A stretch of DNA of 58,014 nt. It comes from an uncultured Ectothiorhodospiraceae bacterium (GTDB lineage Bacteria; Pseudomonadota; Gammaproteobacteria; UBA9214). The stretch is from assembly GCA_947258845.1 (NCBI GenBank), contig CAMYJZ010000003.1:1-58014 (forward strand). The letters are read 5' to 3'. A program made the translations under genes and the position numbers. Of this stretch, positions 23,930 through 38,433 are shown one piece after another (the first letter of the stretch is position 1; every line of letters starts with the position of its first letter). The notes below the pieces were generated by a model that was not told the DNA's origin, searched no databases, and worked only from the letters and a program-made list of their open reading frames with translations.

Positions 23930-24512
23930 GCTGTTCGATCGTGCTCACGGGCGGGTGGCCGGTGTCGATGAGGCCGGTCGCGGGCCGCTGGCGGGTCCGG
24001 TGATCGCGGCTGCGGTTATTCTTGATCCGGAACACCCCGTTGCCGGCCTGCGCGATTCCAAAAAACTGACGGAAACACGCCGTGCTGCCCTGTTCGATGA
24101 AATCACCGGGAACGCCCTGGCCTGGGCCGTGGGACGTGCCGAGGTCGAGGAGATCGACAGCATCAACATACTTCAGGCAACGCTGCTGGCCATGCGCCGC
24201 GCCGTCGAACAGCTGGTACCCGAGGCCGACGCAGTCCTGGTGGACGGCAACCAGTGTCCGCAACTGGCCTGCCCGGTGCAAGCGATCATCAAGGGTGACG
24301 ACAAGGTTGCGGCAATCAGCGCGGCCTCGATTATCGCCAAGGTATCGCGTGATCGCGAGATGCTGGAACTGGACAGCCTGTACCCGGGTTATGGCCTGGC
24401 CCGGCACAAGGGCTACCCCAGCAGGATGCATCTGGAGGCGTTGCAGAATCTGGGCGTGACGCCGATTCATCGGCGTTCCTATGCGCCGGTCAGGCGATTA
24501 CTGGAGGGTTGA
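23922..24512 (+). CDS. rnhB: ribonuclease HII
   Basis: [29 protein letters not shown]. Confidence 0.97.
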   Translation: MDELFDRAHGRVAGVDEAGRGPLAGPVIAAAVILDPEHPVAGLRDSKKLTETRRAALFDEITGNALAWAVGRAEVEEIDSINILQATLLAMRRAVEQLVPEADAVLVDGNQCPQLACPVQAIIKGDDKVAAISAASIIAKVSRDREMLELDSLYPGYGLARHKGYPSRMHLEALQNLGVTPIHRRSYAPVRRLLEG

Positions 24513-24538
24513 AACCGGGATTTGTCAGCAGGGGAGTG

Positions 24539-25642
24539 TCAGGCACAGGCCTGGACCCGGGCCGGCTCCGGCTGGTCGCCGCAGGTGGTGGACCGGTTAC
24601 GACCCGACATCTTGCTTTTATAAAGTGCGGTATCGGCCTTGTCCATGAGCGTCCCCGGGTGGCCGACGTTTTCGGGATAGCTGGCAATGCCGATACTGAC
24701 ACTGGCCGGAAGCCGGAAACCATCGATATTCAACGGGCGGGTTTCAATCAGTTCCATGATGCGTCCCGCGACCAGTTCCGCTCCCCTGGTATCGGTATGC
24801 GGCATGAGTATCACAAACTCATCACCGCCATAACGCGCGAGGATATCGGCCTCCCTGATCCCTTCCTTCATCAGGCGTGCAGCATGCCTGATCAGGGCAC
24901 TGCCGGTGTTATGTCCGTACTGGTCATTCACCGCCTTGAGCCTGTCGAGGTCGATCATGAGTATACTCAATGGGTATGAGTAACGTGCCGCACCTGCGAT
25001 TTCCTTTTCGAGGATTTCATTGAAGGCGCGCATGTTCGATATCCCGGTAAGGTCATCTGTCTGTGACAGCTCGGTGATCCTCTTCTTGGCATTGAGGATA
25101 TCCGATGCCAGAATGGACGTGACATAGGCCACCAGTAACAGTGGCGAAAACCTGGCCATGATGAAGGTGAATGTCTGGCCGGTAAAGATGTCCGTGGAGT
25201 GATGCTGGTAACCCATGAGCAGATAGCAGCAGGCAATCAGGCCAACCTCGAGTATGGTCATGATCTTGCCCAGCGTGATGGCGCAGGCAATGATCGCTAT
25301 CAGATACAGGTTCTGCAGCGGGCTTTCGATGCCACCGGTCTGCATTACCGCCAGGGTGATGAATGTAATCATTGCCCAGGTCTCGATTGCCAGTTTCCAC
25401 GGGGTGTCCTTTATAGGTGCACCGATGTAGCGCAACAGCAGCACGAATACGCCATACGTGCTCATGACCGCGATCAGGGTATCGGGTGCGTCGATGGTGC
25501 GGGTGGGAATGAAGAAATACACCATGACGATGATGAGCATGAGCCATTGCAGTTCCGCCATGCTCCGGGAGAAGCTCTTGAGTTCATTGTCCTTGCAGAG
25601 TTCGGAGCAATGCAGCATTTTGGCCGGATTTTTGATTGGCAT
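24539..25642 (-). CDS. membrane-anchored diguanylate cyclase (GGDEF)
   Basis: Hydrophobic N-terminal domain; TDDLTG, intact I-site READ and ARYGGDEF. Start uncertain (25642 or 25618). Confidence 0.92.
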   Translation of the reverse strand: MPIKNPAKMLHCSELCKDNELKSFSRSMAELQWLMLIIVMVYFFIPTRTIDAPDTLIAVMSTYGVFVLLLRYIGAPIKDTPWKLAIETWAMITFITLAVMQTGGIESPLQNLYLIAIIACAITLGKIMTILEVGLIACCYLLMGYQHHSTDIFTGQTFTFIMARFSPLLLVAYVTSILASDILNAKKRITELSQTDDLTGISNMRAFNEILEKEIAGAARYSYPLSILMIDLDRLKAVNDQYGHNTGSALIRHAARLMKEGIREADILARYGGDEFVILMPHTDTRGAELVAGRIMELIETRPLNIDGFRLPASVSIGIASYPENVGHPGTLMDKADTALYKSKMSGRNRSTTCGDQPEPARVQACA

Positions 25643-25886
25643 CGGTCTGATTACAGAGACAGGGGACATACCTGTATCGGCCGCTTGCCGCCTCACTTTA
25701 ACCGCCACCAGGAAACCTCAGTGGCTGGAACCGGCCGTGGGACATGCGCTGGACTCCCGGCCAGGACCTGCAATGATCACGGTAAATAATATTATAAATA
25801 ACATAACGATATATAATATTTATAAAAAATTAATTAATTACTTTAAGGGCTTGAATAGCGACCGCTAAAGCACCACACTTTTTCCC

Positions 25887-28800
25887 ATGCAACCCGGCTT
25901 CGTTCATCTCCACGTCCACACCGAGTATTCACTGGTGAACGGTACCGTGCGCGTGCCACGACTGGCCCGGTCAGTGGCGGGCATGGGAATGCCGGCAGTG
26001 GCGGTAACCGACCAGAGCAACCTGTTTTCCATGGTCAAGTTCTACCGGGCCGCCATGGCGGCCGGTATCAAACCCGTGGTGGGCGTGGACCTGTGGGTGG
26101 CGGACGGCCCCGGAACGGGGCAGCCGACGCGCGTGGTCCTGCTGTGCAAACAGCATGAGGGTTACCTGAACCTGACAGAACTGGTTTCGCGCAGCTACAC
26201 CGAGGGCCAGCACCGCGGGCACCCGGTACTCGAGAAGTCCTGGCTGGATGGTCATAGTGACGGGCTGATTGCCCTGTCTGCCGGGCGTGCGGGCGATATC
26301 GGCCAGGCCCTGCTGGCGAACAAGCCCGACCGGGCGCATCGCTTGCTGGATGGCTGGCGCGCCCTGTTTCCAGACAGCTTCTATCTGGAATTGCAGCGTA
26401 CCGGCCGCCCGGGAGAAGAGGACTATCTGCACCGTGCAGTGGCCCTGGCCGCCGAGACCGGTGTGCCGGTGGTCGCGACCAATGATGTGCACTTCATAGC
26501 ATCCACCGATTACGGTGCCCATGAGGCACGTGTCTGCATCAACGAGGGGCGCACACTGAATGACCCGCGCCGCTCGCGTGAATTCACCGACCAGCAGTAC
26601 CTGCGCACGCCGGAAGAGATGCAGGAACTGTTCAGCGATATCCCCGAGGCGCTCGTGAACAGCGTGGAGATCGCGCGGCGCTGCAACCTGGAACTGGATC
26701 TCGGTCGCAATTTCCTGCCTGATTTTCCCGTGCCCGGGGGACTGACCATCGATGACTACTTCCGCCGCCTGGCCAGGGAAGGGCTGGAACAGCGCCTGGG
26801 GGAGATCGTCACCGCGGAGACACCCGACCCGGATGCCCTCAAGCAGGAATACCTGCAACGCCTCGAGTCCGAGATCGATGTCATTGTCGAGATGGGCTTC
26901 CCGGGTTATTTCCTGATCGTGTCCGACTTCATCAGGTGGGCCAAGGACAACGGCGTCCCGGTCGGCCCAGGGCGCGGCTCGGGTGCCGGTTCCCTGGTGG
27001 CCTATGCCTTGCTGATTACCGATCTTGACCCGATCAGGTATGACCTGCTGTTCGAGCGTTTTCTGAATCCCGAACGCGTGTCCATGCCGGATTTCGATGT
27101 CGACTTCTGCATGGACGGTCGCGACCGGGTCATCGATTATGTAGCGGAACGCTACGGCCGTGACCGGGTCTCGCAGATCATCACCTACGGTTCCATGGCG
27201 GCCAAGGCCGTGGTGCGTGATGTTGGCCGCGTCCTCGGTCATCCCTACGGTTTTGTCGACCGGATTGCCAAGCTGATCCCCTTCGAAATCGGCATTACCC
27301 TGGACAAGGCGCTGGACCAGGAGGCCGCGCTGCAGGAGCTCTATGATGGCGACGAGGACGTCAGGGCGGTGATTGACCTGGCGAGGTCGCTGGAAGGCCT
27401 GGCGCGTAACGCGGGCAAGCATGCCGGCGGCGTGGTGATCGCTCCCTCGCGGCTGACCGACTTCACTCCCCTGTACTGTGAGCAGGGCAGCGACGCGGTG
27501 GTCAGCCAGTTCGACAAGGATGACGTGGAGGCCGTGGGGCTGGTCAAGTTCGACTTTCTCGGCCTGCGCACCCTGACGATCATCGACCGCGCGCTGAAGA
27601 CCATCAATGCGGCACGCGCCGCAAGCGCTGAGCCGCCAGTGGAGATCAGCCGCATCCCGCTGGGCGACCAGGCCAGCTTCGATCTGCTCAAGGCCTGCGC
27701 CACGACCGCGATCTTCCAGCTCGAATCCTCCGGTATGAAAGACCTGATCCGGCGTCTGCAGCCGGATAGTTTCGAGGACATCGTGGCGCTGGTGGCGCTG
27801 TTCCGTCCAGGGCCCCTGCAGTCCGGCATGGTGGATGATTTCATCAAGCGCAAGCACGGTGCAATGGTCAGTTATCCGCACCCTGACCTGGAGCCCATAC
27901 TCAAGCCGACCTACGGGATTATTCTCTACCAGGAACAGGTGATGCAGATCGCCCAGGTGCTTGCCGGCTACTCGCTGGGCGGGGCCGACCTGCTGCGGCG
28001 CGCCATGGGCAAGAAAAAACCCGAGGAGATGGCCAAGCAGCGTGCCATCTTTCTCAAGGGCGCCCTGGCACGGGGCGTCGATGAAAAGGTCGCCACCCAT
28101 ATCTTCGATCTCATGGAGAAATTCGCCGGCTACGGTTTCAACAAGAGCCATTCCGCCGCCTATGCCCTGATCTCCTACCAGACGGCCTGGCTGAAGGCCC
28201 ATTACCCGGCCGCGTTCATGGCCGCCGTGCTGTCGGCGGACATGGACAACACCGACAAGATTGTCCTGCTGGTCGCCGAGTGCCGGGACATGAAACTGAA
28301 AGTCGTGCCCCCGGACGTGAATACCTCCGATTACCATTTCACCGCACAGTCCGACGACACCATCGTTTACGGGCTGGGCGCGATCAAGGGCGTGGGGCAG
28401 GCAGCGATTGAGGTCATGCTGGACGAGCGCCGTGAACGGGGTGATTTTGCCGATCTCTACAACCTGTGCCAGCGGGTCAACCCGCGCAAGATCAACCGCC
28501 GCGTGATGGAGGCCCTGATCCGGGCCGGTGCGCTGGACCCCATGGGTGACAGCCGCGCCACGCAGATGGCCAATCTGCCGCAGGCCCTGAAACTGGCCGA
28601 ACAGACCACCCGCAACCAGGACACGGGCCAGGACGACCTGTTTGGTGAGGCCGCCGAGGTGAGCTGTGCGCCGCACGACAGGCAGGTGCTGCCGGAATGG
28701 GATGATGAACACAAACTGCTGGGCGAGAAGGAAACCCTGGGTCTGTATCTGACCGGCCATCCGATCACGCGCTACCAGGCGGAACTGGGCCGGATCACCA

Positions 28801-29387
28801 GCGGCAGGCTGGCGGCGCTGGCAGCCTCCGGGGCCGACGCCCCGGGCATGACGACGGTGCGTGGTGACGGGAGTGAACGCTCCGTGATCATCGCCGGACT
28901 GGTAATGTCCATGCGCACCCGGCGGACCCAGCGCGGCAGCAAGATCGCCTTCCTGACACTGGATGATGACAGTGCCCGTATGGAGGTGCGCGTGTTTTCC
29001 GAGGTCTTTGACAGACACCAGGCGCTGATCGGCAAGGACAAGGTCCTGGTCATCAAGGGTACGCTGGGCGTGGATGACTATTCGGGCGGCAACCAGGTTA
29101 CCGCCCAGGAAATCCTTGATATCAATCAGGCGCGCGAGATCCATGCGCGGCGGCTGGTGGTCGGAGTCGATGCAGGGCAGGCGGGTAACGGTTTCATGCA
29201 TACACTCGCGGATATCCTCAAACCGTTCCGGGAAGGCCAGTGCCGGGTCTGCATCGATTATCTCGGCGGCGGTGCCGAGGCGCGTCTTGCGCTGGGGGAT
29301 GAGTGGACAGTGCATCCCACCGATGAGCTGCTGCACCGCCTGCAGGAACTGGCCGGCAACGAGCGCGTGCTGGTCGAATACAGCTGA
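25887..29387 (+). CDS. dnaE: DNA polymerase III alpha subunit
   Basis: PHP N-terminus, GPGRGSGAGS, SMPDFDVDF, KFDFLGL, GFNKSHS; 1166 aa. Confidence 0.98.
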   Translation: MQPGFVHLHVHTEYSLVNGTVRVPRLARSVAGMGMPAVAVTDQSNLFSMVKFYRAAMAAGIKPVVGVDLWVADGPGTGQPTRVVLLCKQHEGYLNLTELVSRSYTEGQHRGHPVLEKSWLDGHSDGLIALSAGRAGDIGQALLANKPDRAHRLLDGWRALFPDSFYLELQRTGRPGEEDYLHRAVALAAETGVPVVATNDVHFIASTDYGAHEARVCINEGRTLNDPRRSREFTDQQYLRTPEEMQELFSDIPEALVNSVEIARRCNLELDLGRNFLPDFPVPGGLTIDDYFRRLAREGLEQRLGEIVTAETPDPDALKQEYLQRLESEIDVIVEMGFPGYFLIVSDFIRWAKDNGVPVGPGRGSGAGSLVAYALLITDLDPIRYDLLFERFLNPERVSMPDFDVDFCMDGRDRVIDYVAERYGRDRVSQIITYGSMAAKAVVRDVGRVLGHPYGFVDRIAKLIPFEIGITLDKALDQEAALQELYDGDEDVRAVIDLARSLEGLARNAGKHAGGVVIAPSRLTDFTPLYCEQGSDAVVSQFDKDDVEAVGLVKFDFLGLRTLTIIDRALKTINAARAASAEPPVEISRIPLGDQASFDLLKACATTAIFQLESSGMKDLIRRLQPDSFEDIVALVALFRPGPLQSGMVDDFIKRKHGAMVSYPHPDLEPILKPTYGIILYQEQVMQIAQVLAGYSLGGADLLRRAMGKKKPEEMAKQRAIFLKGALARGVDEKVATHIFDLMEKFAGYGFNKSHSAAYALISYQTAWLKAHYPAAFMAAVLSADMDNTDKIVLLVAECRDMKLKVVPPDVNTSDYHFTAQSDDTIVYGLGAIKGVGQAAIEVMLDERRERGDFADLYNLCQRVNPRKINRRVMEALIRAGALDPMGDSRATQMANLPQALKLAEQTTRNQDTGQDDLFGEAAEVSCAPHDRQVLPEWDDEHKLLGEKETLGLYLTGHPITRYQAELGRITSGRLAALAASGADAPGMTTVRGDGSERSVIIAGLVMSMRTRRTQRGSKIAFLTLDDDSARMEVRVFSEVFDRHQALIGKDKVLVIKGTLGVDDYSGGNQVTAQEILDINQAREIHARRLVVGVDAGQAGNGFMHTLADILKPFREGQCRVCIDYLGGGAEARLALGDEWTVHPTDELLHRLQELAGNERVLVEYS

Positions 29388-29449
29388 CTTGTTTCAATAC
29401 GGTGTAGACGGTACCTTTGTCGACAGGATGTTAACGGCTGGGAAATGAC

Positions 29450-30409
29450 ATGAATCTGAATTTTCTCGAGTTCGAGCAACCCATTGCCGAACTGGAAGCA
29501 AAGATCGATGAGTTGACCTATATCGGCGATGACGCGGATGTCAACATCAATGACGAGGTCGCCAAGCTCAAGGCAAAAAGCAAGACGCTGACAGAGTCGA
29601 TCTTTTCCGGCCTGACGCCCTGGCAGATCTCCCAGCTGGCGCGCCATCCCCAGCGTCCCTACACCATGGACTACCTCATCCGGGTATTCACCGATTTCCA
29701 GGAGTTGCACGGTGACCGCTGTTTTGCCGATGACCACGCCATTATCGGTGGTGTCGCCCGCCTGGAGGGTACCCCGGTGATGGTTATCGGCCAGCAAAAA
29801 GGGCGTGACACCAAGGAGAAACTGCAGCGCAATTTCGGCATGCCGCGTCCCGAGGGTTACCGCAAGGCGCTGCGCCTGATGCACATGGCGGAGCGCTTCA
29901 AGCTGCCGATCCTGACATTTATCGATACCCCGGGCGCCTATCCCGGTATCGGCGCCGAGGAGCGTGGCCAGAGCGAGGCCATCGCCAGGAATCTGTATGT
30001 GATGTCAGGGTTGAGAACACCGATTATCTGCACGGTCATCGGTGAAGGCGGGTCTGGTGGCGCACTGGCCATCGGTGTCGGTGACCGGTCACTGATGCTT
30101 CAGTACAGCACCTATTCGGTGATTTCCCCGGAGGGTTGTGCCTCCATTCTCTGGAAAAGTGCCGAAAAGGCAGAGGAAGCCGCCGAGGCGCTGGGGATTA
30201 CCTCGGCCCGTCTGCTGGAACTTGGCCTGGTAGACCGCATTATCAAGGAACCGCTGGGCGGTGCCCACCGTGATGTGGATGCCATTGCAGAAAATATCAG
30301 GCAGGCACTGATCGACGAGCTGGGCAAGCTGACGACGGCTTCCATCGATGAGCTGCTGGAAAGCCGCTACCAGCGCCTGATGGCCTATGGTGAGTTCACC
30401 GAACGCTGA
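29450..30409 (+). CDS. accA: acetyl-CoA carboxylase carboxyltransferase alpha
   Basis: [27 protein letters not shown]. Confidence 0.98.
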   Translation: MNLNFLEFEQPIAELEAKIDELTYIGDDADVNINDEVAKLKAKSKTLTESIFSGLTPWQISQLARHPQRPYTMDYLIRVFTDFQELHGDRCFADDHAIIGGVARLEGTPVMVIGQQKGRDTKEKLQRNFGMPRPEGYRKALRLMHMAERFKLPILTFIDTPGAYPGIGAEERGQSEAIARNLYVMSGLRTPIICTVIGEGGSGGALAIGVGDRSLMLQYSTYSVISPEGCASILWKSAEKAEEAAEALGITSARLLELGLVDRIIKEPLGGAHRDVDAIAENIRQALIDELGKLTTASIDELLESRYQRLMAYGEFTER

Positions 30410-30455
30410 TCTTTACCCGCCTGTAGACCGATAGTCAGCGGTCGACCCCTAGCCC

Positions 30456-31796
30456 ATGCCGTTTTCACCCGCCCACCTCCAGCAGCAACTGCTCGACTGT
30501 CCTGGTAGCGCGACATGCTGGGTTGCCTACAGTGGCGGTGTGGATTCCCATGTACTGCTGCACGCCCTGGTTTCAGTCAGGACGTCACTCGGCTGCCAAA
30601 TCGGCGCCGTGCATGTCAATCACGGTCTGCATGAGGATGCCGCTGAATGGGAAGGGCACTGCCGGGAGGTCTGCAAGGGCCTGGCGGTGCCGTTTGTCTC
30701 CCTGCGGGTCGATGCCCGCCATGCTGCCGGGGAAAGCCCCGAGGCAGCAGCGCGCGCAGCACGTTATGCCGCCCTGCAGGACTGGCTGGATCCGGGGGAC
30801 TGCCTGTTGACGGCGCAGCACCAGGATGACCAGGCCGAGACCCTGCTGCTGCAGTTATTGCGCGGTAGCGGGGTCAAGGGCCTGGCCGCGATGCCGACAG
30901 TGGCCGATTTCGGTGCCGGTCAGCTGCGGCGCCCCCTGCTGGACTGCGCGCGCCAGGCCCTGCTGGCCTATGCCCGGGAAAAAGACCTCGACTGGATCGA
31001 CGACCCGAGCAACCAGGACACCGGCCTGGATCGTAATTTCCTGCGTCATCACATTGTCCCGGAACTGCGTGAGCGCTGGCCGGCGCTGTCCGCCACCCTG
31101 GCGCGGAGTGCGCGGCATTGTGCGGAGGCAGCCAGGGCGCTGACGCAGCTGGCGGAGCAGGACCTTGCTGCCGTGGCCGGGGAGACACCGCGGGGGCTGC
31201 GGGTCTCCGGGCTGCAGCGGCTTTCCATGGAGCGTCGCCGCAATGCCCTGCGGCACTGGTGCATGGGCCAGTGCGGCTCAATCCCCTCGACTGCCGTTAT
31301 TGAACGGATGCTCACGGATGTGCTGGCGAGTCGTGTCGACGCCGAGCCCTGCGTCCGCTGGGGTGACCATGAATTGCGGCGTTACCGTGACCAGGTCTAT
31401 CTGCTCGGGCAACGGCCGGAAGCCCTGCCCGCCGGGGTGCTCGACTGGAAACTGACCCGGCCACTGGTATTGCCGGGGGACGGCGGCACCCTGAGTGTGA
31501 CCATGGAGCCCGGGGGCGGTATTCGTGCCGCGGCCGTTACCGGCAATCTGCTGCAAGTCGGCTTTCGCCACGGCGGCGAGCGCTGCCGCCCGGGCGGACG
31601 CCGGCACCACCATGCACTCAAGAAGCTGTTTCAGGAACACGGGGTGCCACCCTGGGAACGGCCGCGTATTCCGCTGATCTTTATTGACAATGAACTGGCC
31701 GCGGTCGCGGGGCTGTGGGTCTGTGAACCCTTCTGTGCCGGGTCGGGTGAGACGGGGCTGGCGATTCACTGGGACAGAACGCCTGCGCAAGCCTGA
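30456..31796 (+). CDS. tilS: tRNA(Ile)-lysidine synthase
   Basis: SGGVDS PP-loop, HQDDQAET, DPSN...RNFLR, PPWER. Confidence 0.96.
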   Translation: MPFSPAHLQQQLLDCPGSATCWVAYSGGVDSHVLLHALVSVRTSLGCQIGAVHVNHGLHEDAAEWEGHCREVCKGLAVPFVSLRVDARHAAGESPEAAARAARYAALQDWLDPGDCLLTAQHQDDQAETLLLQLLRGSGVKGLAAMPTVADFGAGQLRRPLLDCARQALLAYAREKDLDWIDDPSNQDTGLDRNFLRHHIVPELRERWPALSATLARSARHCAEAARALTQLAEQDLAAVAGETPRGLRVSGLQRLSMERRRNALRHWCMGQCGSIPSTAVIERMLTDVLASRVDAEPCVRWGDHELRRYRDQVYLLGQRPEALPAGVLDWKLTRPLVLPGDGGTLSVTMEPGGGIRAAAVTGNLLQVGFRHGGERCRPGGRRHHHALKKLFQEHGVPPWERPRIPLIFIDNELAAVAGLWVCEPFCAGSGETGLAIHWDRTPAQA

Positions 31797-31805
31797 AATA
31801 ATTGA

Positions 31806-33551
<1,746 letters not shown>

Positions 33552-33599
33552 GGCCCGGCCCGGCACCCCCGGAACGGATCAAACCTGGAATCAAGCCCA

Positions 33600-34439
33600 A
33601 TGGAACTCTGTGGATTCAATGCCGGTATTGACCAGCCGTTCTTTCTGATCGCCGGTCCCTGCGTTATCGAGAGCGAGGCGCTTGCCATCGACACCGCAGG
33701 ACAGCTGAAGGATATTACTGCGGCGCTCGGCGTGCCGTTCATCTACAAGTCCTCCTATGACAAGGCCAACCGCTCCTCCTACATGAGCTTCCGTGGTCCC
33801 GGCGTCGAGGAGGGCCTGCGGATCCTGCAGCAGGTCAGGGAGCAGGTCGGCGTGCCGGTGCTGACGGATGTGCATGAGGACTCGCCGCTCGACGAGGTCG
33901 CGGCGGTTGTCGACGTGCTGCAGACGCCGGCCTTTCTGTGCCGGCAGACGAATTTCATCCAGAATGTCGCGCGCCAGGGCAAGCCGGTGAATATCAAGAA
34001 GGGCCAGTTCCTGTCGCCCTGGGATATGAAGAACGTGGCCGACAAGGCGCTGGCGACCGGTAACAACCGGATCATGGTGTGCGAGCGCGGCGCATCCTTC
34101 GGTTACAACAACCTGGTCTCCGACATGCGTTCGCTTGCGGTCATGCGTAACTGCGGTGTGCCGGTGGTCTTCGACGCGACTCACTCGGTCCAGTTGCCGG
34201 GGGGGCAGGGCGATCGCTCCGGCGGTCAGCGCGAGTTCGTGCCGGTGCTGGCGCGGGCGGCCGTTGCCAGCGGGGTAGCCGGCCTGTTCATGGAGACCCA
34301 CCCCGATCCGGACCAGGCCCTGAGTGACGGACCCAATGCCTGGCCCCTGCAGCGCATGCGCGAATTGCTGGAGACCCTGCAGGCCATCGACGCGGCGGTC
34401 AAGGCGCGACCCTTCCCGGAGACCGATTTGATGGCGTAG
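33600..34439 (+). CDS. kdsA: KDO 8-phosphate synthase
   Basis: [26 protein letters not shown]. Confidence 0.97.
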   Translation: MELCGFNAGIDQPFFLIAGPCVIESEALAIDTAGQLKDITAALGVPFIYKSSYDKANRSSYMSFRGPGVEEGLRILQQVREQVGVPVLTDVHEDSPLDEVAAVVDVLQTPAFLCRQTNFIQNVARQGKPVNIKKGQFLSPWDMKNVADKALATGNNRIMVCERGASFGYNNLVSDMRSLAVMRNCGVPVVFDATHSVQLPGGQGDRSGGQREFVPVLARAAVASGVAGLFMETHPDPDQALSDGPNAWPLQRMRELLETLQAIDAAVKARPFPETDLMA

Positions 34440-34521
34440 CCGGGCAGCGTTCGCAACGGCCCGGTCGAGGCTGATAAGTATTCGAGATAAAAACCTTAAT
34501 TTATTGAATAATGGAGTTTAA

Positions 34522-35811
<1,290 letters not shown>

Positions 35812-35864
35812 TGATGTCATGGACGGACGCTTTGGGTTGAGACCTGCCTGTACCCGGCCCTGCC

Positions 35865-36134
35865 ATGAAGAACCTGATTATTGTCCTGCTGATATTGCTG
35901 GGTTTCCTGCTATACCGTCTGTGGCTGGGTGAGGGTGGCCTGCTGGATGTCTGGGAAATGCACCGGGAGGTCGAGGAGCAGCGCCAGGAGAACGTCCGTC
36001 TGCGCGAACGCAACGCGGCGCTGAATGCCGAGGTGCTCGATCTGAAGCAGGGTCTCCAGGCCATCGAAGAGCGTGCCCGGGAGGACCTGGGTATGGTCAA
36101 GGAAGGCGAGACCTTCTACCAGGTCGTCGAATGA
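35865..36134 (+). CDS. ftsB: cell division protein FtsB
   Basis: TM helix, LW.GEGG, coiled coil, IEERAREDLGM. Confidence 0.95.
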   Translation: MKNLIIVLLILLGFLLYRLWLGEGGLLDVWEMHREVEEQRQENVRLRERNAALNAEVLDLKQGLQAIEERAREDLGMVKEGETFYQVVE

Positions 36135-36164
36135 GCCTGGCCACACACACCCGGGTCACCGGCG

Positions 36165-36896
36165 GTGCCTGACAAGCGGCTTGCTGACCTGGCCAGCCCG
36201 CGCTACTGGGGCGTGGTACCGGCTGCCGGCAGCGGCAGCCGTATGGGCAGCGACATCCCCAAGCAGTACCTGCCCCTGGCCGGGCGCAGCGTCATCGAAC
36301 ACACCCTGGATACCCTGTTCGCCTGTACCCGCCTGGCCGGGGTGGTGCTGGCGGTGTCGGCGGATGACAGCCGCTGGGCGGAAATCCGTCCCCGTTATGC
36401 CGACAGCATGCTGCAGTGCGTAACCGGTGGGGCTGAACGCGGCCACTCTGTGCTTATGGCGCTACGTCACCTGGCAGGCCACGCCGATCCCGCTGACTGG
36501 GTGCTGGTGCACGATGCCGCGCGCCCCTGTGTGCGTCTTGCCGATATAGAGACGCTGATCGCGGCCCTGCAGAAAGAGGCCGACGGTGGCTTGCTGGGGG
36601 TGCCGGTCTCCGACACAATGAAGCGGGTGGACCGTGACGGCCGGATCAGCGCCACCGTCGAGCGCGAGGCGCTGTGGCACGCGCAGACACCGCAGATGTT
36701 TCGCCTTGGCCCGTTGCTGGCGGCTTTGGAGCAGGCACTGGAAGAGGGCGTCGCGGTCACCGACGAGGCCTCGGCCATGGAACGCGCGGGTTACCGGCCG
36801 CGCATGATCGAGGGACACGCCGATAATATCAAGATCACCGTACCGGCCCACCTGGCGCTGGCCGAGTTCTACCTGCAGGAGCGCAGTCGCACATGA
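36165..36896 (+). CDS. ispD: 2-C-methyl-D-erythritol 4-phosphate cytidylyltransferase
   Basis: [24 protein letters not shown]. Confidence 0.96.
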   Translation: MPDKRLADLASPRYWGVVPAAGSGSRMGSDIPKQYLPLAGRSVIEHTLDTLFACTRLAGVVLAVSADDSRWAEIRPRYADSMLQCVTGGAERGHSVLMALRHLAGHADPADWVLVHDAARPCVRLADIETLIAALQKEADGGLLGVPVSDTMKRVDRDGRISATVEREALWHAQTPQMFRLGPLLAALEQALEEGVAVTDEASAMERAGYRPRMIEGHADNIKITVPAHLALAEFYLQERSRT

Positions 36897-37363
36897 GGAT
36901 CGGACAGGGCATCGATGCACACGCATTCCGGCCGGGTGGCAGGCTGGTGCTGGGCGGTGTGCAGATACCGCACGAGCTGGGCCTGGAGGCGCATTCGGAC
37001 GGTGATGTGGTCCTGCATGCCTTGTGTGACGCCCTGCTGGGTGCCGCGGCTCTCGGTGATATCGGGCGCCACTTCCCGCCGGACGATCCGGCCTACGCGG
37101 GCATCGACAGCCGGATACTGCTGCGCAAGGTGGTCGAACTGGTCGGTCGGGAGAGTCTGCAGATCGGTAATGCCGATATCACCGTGGTGGCACAGGCGCC
37201 GCGGCTCGCTCCCTACATCGATGCGATGCGCGCGCACATCGCCGATGACCTGCAGCTGGATAGTTCACGCATCAATATCAAGGCGACCACCACCGAGCAC
37301 ATGGGCTTTACCGGACGCGGCGAGGGCATTGCCGCCTTTGCGGTCATACTGCTCGAAGGGTGA
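36893..37363 (+). CDS. ispF: 2-C-methyl-D-erythritol 2,4-cyclodiphosphate synthase
   Basis: [21 protein letters not shown]. Confidence 0.97.
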   Translation: MRIGQGIDAHAFRPGGRLVLGGVQIPHELGLEAHSDGDVVLHALCDALLGAAALGDIGRHFPPDDPAYAGIDSRILLRKVVELVGRESLQIGNADITVVAQAPRLAPYIDAMRAHIADDLQLDSSRINIKATTTEHMGFTGRGEGIAAFAVILLEG

Positions 37364-38424
37364 GTTCAGTCGCTGCACAGTCCCCGGACCGTTCCCTGGA
37401 GACGGCCATTCTCGCCCTGCCCACCGCCTGGGGAGAGCCTCCCGCCAGCGGTCGCCGGCGCGTCAGCCCGGAGGATTTCCAGGTCACGGAGATACCGCTG
37501 CTGGAGCCCGCCGGCGAGGGCGAGCATGTATGGCTGTATATTCGCAAGCGCGAGGAAAATACCGACCAGGTCGCCCGGCAGCTGGCGCGCTGTGCCGGTG
37601 TGCGTGCCCGCGATGTCAGCTATGCCGGTCTCAAGGACCGTAATGCCGTAACCGGGCAATGGTTCTCGGTGCACCTGCCCGGCAGGCAGGAACCGGACTG
37701 GGGTATGCTGGAAACCGATCGGGTCACCCTGCTGCGGCATGCGCGTCACAATCGCAAGCTGCGCCGCGGTGCACTCCGGGGCAATGCCTTCCGCATCGTG
37801 CTGAGGGATGTCAGCGGTGACACCTGCGAGCTGCAGCGCCGGCTGGAAACCGTGGCCCGTTGCGGAGTGCCGAACTATTTCGGGGAGCAGCGATTCGGAC
37901 GTGCCGGCAGCAACCTGCGCACGGCCGACCGGTTGTTCGGGCAGCCGGCCCTGCGCCTGTCCCGGCATCAGCGCGGGCTGGTGCTGTCCGCGGCCCGCGC
38001 CTACCTCTTCAACCAGGTGTTGGCTCACCGGGTCCGTGATAGCAGCTGGAACCGGGTGATGCCCGGCGATGCCCTGCAACTGGCTGGCAGTCACAGCTTC
38101 TTTATTGCCACCGCCAACGATGCGGAGCTGCAGGCGCGTGCCGCGGCAATGGACCTGCACCCGACGGGCCCCCTGTGGGGCAGGGGTGACAGCCCGGTGA
38201 GTGATGCGTGCAGGCAGCTGGAGGTGCAGTGCCTGGCATCCTGCGGGTCATGGCAGCAGGGCCTGGCCGCGGCGGGTCTCAGGCAGGAACGCCGCGCCCT
38301 GCGTCTTGTGGTCGGGGACCTGCAGTGGTCGGGGCCGACACCGGACAGCCTGCTGCTGGAATTCAGCTTGCCGGCGGGCTGTTATGCAACCAGCGTGTTG
38401 CGCGAGCTGGTTGCAGGGGAATGA
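37360..38424 (+). CDS. truD: tRNA pseudouridine(13) synthase
   Basis: [32 protein letters not shown]. Confidence 0.96.
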   Translation: MSSVAAQSPDRSLETAILALPTAWGEPPASGRRRVSPEDFQVTEIPLLEPAGEGEHVWLYIRKREENTDQVARQLARCAGVRARDVSYAGLKDRNAVTGQWFSVHLPGRQEPDWGMLETDRVTLLRHARHNRKLRRGALRGNAFRIVLRDVSGDTCELQRRLETVARCGVPNYFGEQRFGRAGSNLRTADRLFGQPALRLSRHQRGLVLSAARAYLFNQVLAHRVRDSSWNRVMPGDALQLAGSHSFFIATANDAELQARAAAMDLHPTGPLWGRGDSPVSDACRQLEVQCLASCGSWQQGLAAAGLRQERRALRLVVGDLQWSGPTPDSLLLEFSLPAGCYATSVLRELVAGE

Positions 38425-38433
38425 GCACGCAGG

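Noticed and set aside
25971-29336. 1121-aa antisense ORF, and many other long antisense ORFs (e.g. 7266-8483, 32325-33497, 48645-49967)
   Set aside because: Shadow frames of well-supported genes caused by high-GC codon bias; no recognisable motifs.
25887-29387. Possible intein in DnaE
   Set aside because: Length is normal (1166 aa) and no splice motifs interrupt the conserved blocks.
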